This document shows positions 58,568 through 64,000 of a stretch of DNA of 64,000 nucleotides, piece after piece (within the stretch, counting starts at the first letter, position 1; each line of letters opens with the position of its first letter). The notes beneath the pieces are model-generated. The model ran no database searches and had not been told where the DNA came from. It saw only the letters and a program-made list of their open reading frames with translations. A program made the translations under genes and the position numbers. This DNA comes from Alistipes senegalensis (GTDB lineage: Bacteria; Pseudomonadota; Gammaproteobacteria; Burkholderiales; Burkholderiaceae_D): the NCBI GenBank assembly GCA_023664945.1, contig JAMPER010000001.1, forward strand, positions 210,829 through 274,828, given 5' to 3'.

Positions 58568-58907
58568 AGGAAAGGTTGACAAGGCGTTTTCTGTTTTTCT
58601 GTAAAAACCGGCAGTAAAATGAGAAAATGCCTTATGGTAAATTTAATAGGTGAGAGGACAGGATTTAATCCTGGAGGCATTGTGGCTAAAAATAAGTGCA
58701 AGTTTCTTTTTAGGAAGCTCCTTCAATTTTAGTTTGTAATTTTGTATCACTAAAGAAAAGTTCTCTTGTTTATTATTGTGATGTGCATCCTTTGCCAAAA
58801 AAGTTTGGTTATATATAAAAAGGGCATGTCAATTTTTGTTATCAGTTTGGAAGCAAACGGTTTTTCCTGTTCTTTTTCATTATAGGTTCCAATGCTATCA
58901 TCACGGC

Positions 58908-60338
58908 ATGAATAATGCGCTTTTGCAGCAAATGATGAATAAACCCGAACCGGCAGAACCGGCATCCGGGCCGCGGCGCATCCTGGGGCTGAAGGAAGCA
59001 GTTGCTTTGATTGCCGGCATTGTGATTGGCGCGGGGATTTTCAAAACGCCTGCGCTGGTTGCCGGGATGACCGGCAGGCCCGGATGGATGTTTGCCGCCT
59101 GGGCATTGGGCGGCGTGGTTTCGTTTGTCGGTGCGCTTTGCTATGCCGAGCTGGCAAGCGCTTACCCTCACGCAGGAGGAGATTACCATTTCCTGTACCG
59201 TGCCTATGGCCGTTCGGTGGCTTTTCTTTTTGGCTGGGCGCGGCTTTCGGTGATTACCACCGGCTCCATTGCCCTTTTGGCTTTCGTCTTTGGCGACTAT
59301 ATGAACCATGTTTTGCCGCTGGCGTTGTGGAGCCAAAACAGCGGCCCGCTGGTTTATGCCGTGTCGGCCGTGCTGGTGCTTTCCCTCCTTAACCGGCTGA
59401 ATGTGCGCACCGGCATGGCTGCCCAGACAGGGCTGGCGGCGCTTCAGGCGCTAAGCCTTCTGTTTATTGTCGGCACGGCGGTTTTTCTGGCGCAAGGCGG
59501 CGGAGCAGCTCCCGTTGCTGCGGCATCGCCTGCCGTGCCGGATGGCGGCTTTTTTCCGCCTGCTTTCGGCCTGGGCATGGTTTTTGTGCTGCTGACTTAT
59601 GGTGGCTGGAACGAGGCGGCCTATATCAGCGCGGAAATCCGGGGCGGGAGACGCAGCATGTTTTATGCCCTGGGGCTTTCCATTTTGGTCATTACGCTTT
59701 TTTACCTGCTGGTTACCTGGGCTTACCTGAAAGGGTTGGGCATGGCGGGCATGGCTGCTTCACAGGCCATTGCGGCGGAAATGATGCGGCAGGCGTATGG
59801 CGCGCCGGCAGAGCGCCTGCTTTCCCTGATGATTGCGGTTTCGGTGCTGACTTCCATTAATGGCACCATGATTGTCGGCGCGCGCACCAGTTACGCCATG
59901 GGGCAGGACTGGCCTGTTTTGCGCAAGTTTGGCGTCTGGGATGCCCGGCGGGATACGCCGGCCAATGCCCTGTGGGTGCAATGCGCCGCCGCGCTTGTGC
60001 TGATTGGCATAGGCGCGTTGACCGGCGGGGGATTCAAGTCGATGGTGGAGTTTACTGCGCCGGTATTCTGGTTTTTTTTCCTGTTGACCGGCCTGGCCCT
60101 TTTTATTCTCAGGCGGCGGGAACCGGAGGTTCCCCGACCGTTCAGGGCGCCGCTGTATCCGCTGGTTCCGCTCCTTTTCTGCGCCACTTGCGCCTACATG
60201 CTGTATTCCAGCCTTTCTTTTGTCTATGACCAGTCCCTGGGCGGGATAAATGCTGCCTGGATTGGTGTGGGCGTGATGGTTTCCGGCCTTTTTCTCCTTT
60301 GGCTGGCGCGGCTGGCCGGAAAAAAAGTGCCGCGCTAG
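58908..60338 (+). CDS. APC-superfamily amino acid permease (LAT/SteT-like)
   Basis: IVIGAGIF TM1; GGDY.FL.RAYG; YGGWNEAAY.SAE; RPFRAPLYP; about 12 TM; start may be 58932. Confidence 0.93.
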   Translation: MNNALLQQMMNKPEPAEPASGPRRILGLKEAVALIAGIVIGAGIFKTPALVAGMTGRPGWMFAAWALGGVVSFVGALCYAELASAYPHAGGDYHFLYRAYGRSVAFLFGWARLSVITTGSIALLAFVFGDYMNHVLPLALWSQNSGPLVYAVSAVLVLSLLNRLNVRTGMAAQTGLAALQALSLLFIVGTAVFLAQGGGAAPVAAASPAVPDGGFFPPAFGLGMVFVLLTYGGWNEAAYISAEIRGGRRSMFYALGLSILVITLFYLLVTWAYLKGLGMAGMAASQAIAAEMMRQAYGAPAERLLSLMIAVSVLTSINGTMIVGARTSYAMGQDWPVLRKFGVWDARRDTPANALWVQCAAALVLIGIGALTGGGFKSMVEFTAPVFWFFFLLTGLALFILRRREPEVPRPFRAPLYPLVPLLFCATCAYMLYSSLSFVYDQSLGGINAAWIGVGVMVSGLFLLWLARLAGKKVPR

Positions 60339-60616
60339 TTTGGGCTGCCGTTTTTTGCTGCGGCAGAAAATTTGACAGATTGCTTTTCCTATAGGCAAAA
60401 TGAACATCGGAATCCCTGATTGTCTGCATAAGAAAGGCGGCAGACAGTGCAGGATCAGGCAGCTTTTTACCTGTGCCTTTTTCAGGCAGGCAGTTTTTTC
60501 CTGCCCGGGCAAGGGAGGGGAAAAGCGTTTCGTTGTCCGGAAAGCGAATTTTTCCCGCTGCGCGGCCGCCCGGAAAAAACGCATTGGACGGCAGGTCAGT
60601 TTGGAGGGGGAACGGT

Positions 60617-61276
60617 ATGGCGGCAACCAAACGCAATCAGATTATTTTCCCGAGCAACGAAGAAGACAGGGCGATTACTGCTGCTGCCTTGGCTGACCCT
60701 GATGCGCCGCCGCTGACAGAAGCGCAGCTGGCGGGGATGCAGCGGCTGGGCCATCATTTTACCGACAGCGAAAACAGGCTGCATATGGTGAGGACAACGC
60801 CGGGCAGCGGGTGTCTGGCGCGCACCTTGTACAAAAGCACGGCGGCCATCACCATTAGGCCCTGTCTCTCAACCCGGCCGGAATATGTGCCGCCTGCCGC
60901 TGACAAAGAAAATGTGCCGTGTTTTTATTGCGCTTACAAAAAAGAAGGCGGGCTTGGTTTTTGCAAGCGCAGCAAATGTATGGAAGTGGTGTTTGATTTT
61001 GCCAGGGATGCGGCAAACAAGAACCGGCATAAAATTTTTCTTGCCGATGCGGCACATCTGGACTGGAACAGTGTGCTGGCCTTATCATGCACAGATAAAG
61101 GGAACAGGCTCGGGCTTGGTTTGATTGAACAAAGGGCGCATGTTGTCGTTTTTGCCGATATGGGGGGCTTGCGCCGGGTAATCAGCCTGCGCCGGGCCAA
61201 CCTGAAAGAAGCGCTGCATTATGCCGGCCAGACGGCGCAGGGCGGCATGCAGGGTTCACGCGGCCAGGCAACCTAA
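60617..61276 (+). CDS. Degenerate BrnA-like N-terminus fused upstream of a BrnT-like toxin (possible pseudogene)
   Basis: EEDRAITAAALADPDAPPLT at the N-terminus; from 60980 FD.ARDAANK.RH.I.LADAA.LDW...VVVF....RRVISLRRAN. Confidence 0.65.
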   Translation: MAATKRNQIIFPSNEEDRAITAAALADPDAPPLTEAQLAGMQRLGHHFTDSENRLHMVRTTPGSGCLARTLYKSTAAITIRPCLSTRPEYVPPAADKENVPCFYCAYKKEGGLGFCKRSKCMEVVFDFARDAANKNRHKIFLADAAHLDWNSVLALSCTDKGNRLGLGLIEQRAHVVVFADMGGLRRVISLRRANLKEALHYAGQTAQGGMQGSRGQAT

Positions 61277-61332
61277 TATGGGCAAGGGACAGAAAGAAGG
61301 AAAAGCATGAGCGGAAGAAAAAGGGGCTTGCC

Positions 61333-61965
61333 ATGAAGTTTCTGCAACGCTCCGGCGTGGCGCTGGCCGTTTTTTTGGGCGGTATCTTGGCGGCATGTCT
61401 TTTGCTTGTTTTTTCCGCCCAGGCGCAGTTCGGGCTGGAAGAATTTATGGGGCCGAAACTGGATGCCGGGTTTATTGCCACCTATCCCGAAGTGGTGGAC
61501 GGCATGATTGATCTTGCCGGTGTGAATGAACACGACCTGGTTTATGACCTGGGCAGCGGCGACGGGCGGATTGTGATTGCCGCGGCCAAACAGCGCGGCG
61601 CCAGGGGGGTGGGTGTGGATCTTAACCCCAAGCGCATTACGGATGGCATTGTCAATGCCAAGGCAGCCGGGGTGGAAAACCTGGTGCGGTTTGAGCTGGG
61701 CAATTTCTTTGAGGTGGATTTTTCCGATGCTACCGTAGTGATGCTATATTTGCCTGCCGAGCTGAATCTTCAGCTTCGGCCTTATATCTGGAAACAGCTC
61801 AAGGTGGGCGCTCGGGTTGTTTCCCATGATAACGACATGGGGCCGGAGTGGCCGCCCGAGAAGACCGCGCCGTTCGGCAACAAGGGCATTTTCATGTGGA
61901 CAGTAACCGAGGCACAGAAAAAAGCGGTGGAAAACTGGGAACCGCCCAAACGGGCTGCCCCCTAG
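61333..61965 (+). CDS. Class I SAM-dependent methyltransferase (FAM173/aKMT-like) with signal peptide
   Basis: YDLGSGDGRIVIAAA; GVDLN; ATVVMLYL; RVVSHD; N-terminal hydrophobic stretch ending AQA. Confidence 0.9.
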   Translation: MKFLQRSGVALAVFLGGILAACLLLVFSAQAQFGLEEFMGPKLDAGFIATYPEVVDGMIDLAGVNEHDLVYDLGSGDGRIVIAAAKQRGARGVGVDLNPKRITDGIVNAKAAGVENLVRFELGNFFEVDFSDATVVMLYLPAELNLQLRPYIWKQLKVGARVVSHDNDMGPEWPPEKTAPFGNKGIFMWTVTEAQKKAVENWEPPKRAAP

Positions 61966-61999
61966 CCAAAGCCGGGAGCAGCCAATGCGGCTGGTTTTA

Positions 62000-62647
62000 T
62001 CAATGCAGCGTATTTGGGGCGGCGCTGGCGTTGCCGCCGTGGAAATGGCGGTAAAGCTCCGGCAGGTTGGCAACAAGGGTTTTCACAATTTCCTCGCGGT
62101 CTTCCGCATGGATAAGCCCTTCCTTGTTTTCGGGTGAATTCTCAAAATACAGCGTGAGGATAGGCGTGAGCAGGTTTTCTTCTTCTTGCGATTGTTCCAG
62201 CAGCTCGTTCCAGCTTTCCCGGTATTTGTCCACCGCCAGCACGAAACCCAGCGCCCAATCGTTGCCGCTGACCTTGAAATTATCATCGGAATACAAAAAC
62301 GGATAATAGGATTCCCCGTTTTCCAGCATCCCTTTAATATGGTCCCAGTGCTGCCTTAAACTGTTCTGTATTTCTTCTGCCTGGGCAGGAGAAGCGTATT
62401 CCGGTTCCTGTCCGCCGAAAATATAGGGGATAAACGCTTCCGGCCCGTCTGCGTCCGGCCCGCATATCAGCCCGCAGAAAAAACCGTCAAGAATTTCCAT
62501 GTGCATCCCGTTGGGGTGGCTTTCCAGGAAAATTTCCAGCTTTTCAAATTGTTTGTCATCCAGCTTTTCCTGTCCGGAGGAAGGATTCAGGAAACTGTCG
62601 AGATCAAAATCCGGCGCATCCGGGTCGGTAATGTTTTTCTTGGACAT
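62000..62647 (-). CDS. UPF0149/YecA-family protein
   Basis: LDGFFCGLICGP; WALGF; acidic composition. Confidence 0.85.
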   Translation of the reverse strand: MSKKNITDPDAPDFDLDSFLNPSSGQEKLDDKQFEKLEIFLESHPNGMHMEILDGFFCGLICGPDADGPEAFIPYIFGGQEPEYASPAQAEEIQNSLRQHWDHIKGMLENGESYYPFLYSDDNFKVSGNDWALGFVLAVDKYRESWNELLEQSQEEENLLTPILTLYFENSPENKEGLIHAEDREEIVKTLVANLPELYRHFHGGNASAAPNTLH

Positions 62648-62892
62648 AGGCAAAGGGGAATAAAAGAAATGAATAAAAGCGGGCAGCCCGCCCGGCTTCT
62701 TCCGGGAAACGCCAGCAGAATCATTATAGTACAGCTTTGCCGTCTGATGAAAATTATTCCCTGTGCCAGAAAGCGGGCGCACAGTGGGCAGAGAGCGTGC
62801 CGGTTTGCTTTTGCTTAATCCTTTTGCTGTGGAAAAAGGGTAAGTTGTTTCAGGCAGGAAAGGTATTTCAACCCGCTTTGCAAGGAGAAAAA

Positions 62893-63312
62893 ATGGATCG
62901 TTTCGCAACGGCCGTCTGGGAGGGCGGCATCAAAACCGGAAAGGGCGCGCTGACTACGGAAACCGGGGCGCTTTCCCACATGCCTTATTCTTTTTCCGCC
63001 CGCTTTGAAGACGGGCAGGGAACCAATCCCGAAGAGCTGGTCGCGGCAGGCCATGCCGGATGCTTTACCATGGATTTGTCCGGCCGGCTGGAGCGGGCCG
63101 GCATAACAGGCCGCATTGAAACCAGGGCAACCTTGACGCTGGAAAAAGGGGAAAAAGGCTTTGCCGTTACCCGGATTCATCTGGATGTTGCGGCGCAGCT
63201 TCCCGGCGTGGATGAACGGGCATTTCAGGAAGCGGTGGGCAAGGCAAGGGAAAATTGCCCCATATCCCGCCTGCTGGATACGGAAATTACCGTTTCTGCC
63301 CGTATGGCATAG
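62893..63312 (+). CDS. osmC: OsmC-family peroxiredoxin
   Basis: [25 protein letters not shown]; NCPISRLL; AGGAG RBS. Confidence 0.93.
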   Translation: MDRFATAVWEGGIKTGKGALTTETGALSHMPYSFSARFEDGQGTNPEELVAAGHAGCFTMDLSGRLERAGITGRIETRATLTLEKGEKGFAVTRIHLDVAAQLPGVDERAFQEAVGKARENCPISRLLDTEITVSARMA

Positions 63313-63379
63313 CGCTTGCTGTTTTCCCCGGCCAGGAGGTTTTCCGGCCGGGGGATTGTTTATGCAGCCCGGGCAGGCA

Positions 63380-64000
63380 TTATGCCAGCGAAGGCATGGA
63401 GGCGGGCGAAATGCCGTGGGTATCGCGCGCGCCATCCAGGAGGAATGAAAGCGAAATTACCAGCACCAGTTCCCCCTCGGCAGAACGGGTAGTGCCCGAA
63501 ATGCCCGTGACCTCAATGCCGGAAAGCGGCTTGATAACCAGGTCGGCCGTGCCATCCAAGGCTTCGACTGAAAGAATATAGGGATGGGGCGCTGCAATGA
63601 CAATGCCTGCCTGTTCCTTGCAGGGGGGATAGCCCAGCACACCGGCCATGGAAAGCACCGGCAGGGGCCTGCCCTGGTCGCGGAATACCGGCTGGCCGCT
63701 GACATGCTCAAAGGTTTCCGGCAGTTCCACCACCCTTTCAACCAGCGAGATGGGAATGCCCAGTTTTGCGCCGGAGGTGGTTACCAGCAGCATGGGGATA
63801 ATGGAAAGCTCAATCGGTAGCCGGATGGAAAAGGTGGTGCCGCCGCCCAGCCTGGAATCAATCCAGATGGTGCCCCGGTGCTGTTCTACCGCTGTGCGCA
63901 CCACATCCATGCCTACGCCGCGGCCGGAGACGCTGGAAGCGACTTCCATGGTGGAAAAGCCCGGCAAAAAGACCAGCTGGTAGGCTTCATCGTCTGTCTG
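63380..64000 (-). CDS. cheA: CheA-type histidine kinase, C-terminal P4-P5 part (truncated by window end)
   Basis: LVFLPGFST...VSGRGVGMDVV...GTTFSIRLP followed by a CheW-like domain. Confidence 0.9.
   Translation of the reverse strand, partial: QTDDEAYQLVFLPGFSTMEVASSVSGRGVGMDVVRTAVEQHRGTIWIDSRLGGGTTFSIRLPIELSIIPMLLVTTSGAKLGIPISLVERVVELPETFEHVSGQPVFRDQGRPLPVLSMAGVLGYPPCKEQAGIVIAAPHPYILSVEALDGTADLVIKPLSGIEVTGISGTTRSAEGELVLVISLSFLLDGARDTHGISPASMPSLA

Larger units (their letters stand above)
56419..58570 (+). mobile_element. Decayed P4/PICI-like satellite island at tRNA-Thr
   Basis: Integrase remnant, GGGGTAT/ATCCCC arm-like motifs, AT-rich cargo gene, alpA; right end uncertain and no attR seen. 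Confidence 0.75.

Noticed and set aside
58570-58900. Search for an attR copy of the tRNA-Thr 3' end
   Set aside because: No CTCATCAGCACCA-like repeat found by eye; the island's right boundary is undefined.

Overview
Chromosomal replication-origin region of a betaproteobacterium. Protein similarities point to Burkholderiales/Oxalobacteraceae, most likely Oxalobacter-like, but this is inferred and not proven. The backbone is housekeeping: atp operon, argB/thrB, polA, xseB-ispA-dxs-folE2, pyrC, malic enzyme, a probable oriC with DnaA boxes and a perfect parS site before mnmG-rsmG-parAB, gyrB-dnaN-dnaA, rpmH-rnpA-yidD-yidC, slmA, coaE-zapD-yacG, trpGDC, metH, dsbC and tRNA-Thr(CGT). There are four accessory patches: (1) an MNT-HEPN toxin-antitoxin islet bracketed by near-identical terminators (6.1-7.8 kb); (2) a porin locus followed by an AT-rich islet with a lambdoid integrase pseudogene and a wHTH-GHKL-STAS-like gene (31.4-36 kb); (3) a decayed P4/PICI-like satellite at tRNA-Thr (56.3-58.6 kb); (4) an APC permease plus a signal-peptide methyltransferase, interrupted by a reversed BrnA-BrnT fusion (58.9-62 kb). 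The most striking unexplained structure is a pair of long palindromic sites in perfect inverted orientation upstream of a loop-mosaic porin. They enclose a candidate sigma70 promoter pointing away from the porin, suggesting an invertible phase-variation switch. Also notable are a leaderless Trp-containing leader peptide before trpG and the apparently exported FAM173-like methyltransferase next to an APC transporter. No CRISPR array, rRNA or intact mobile element was seen. All family names are from recall and all counts are by hand; no searches were run.
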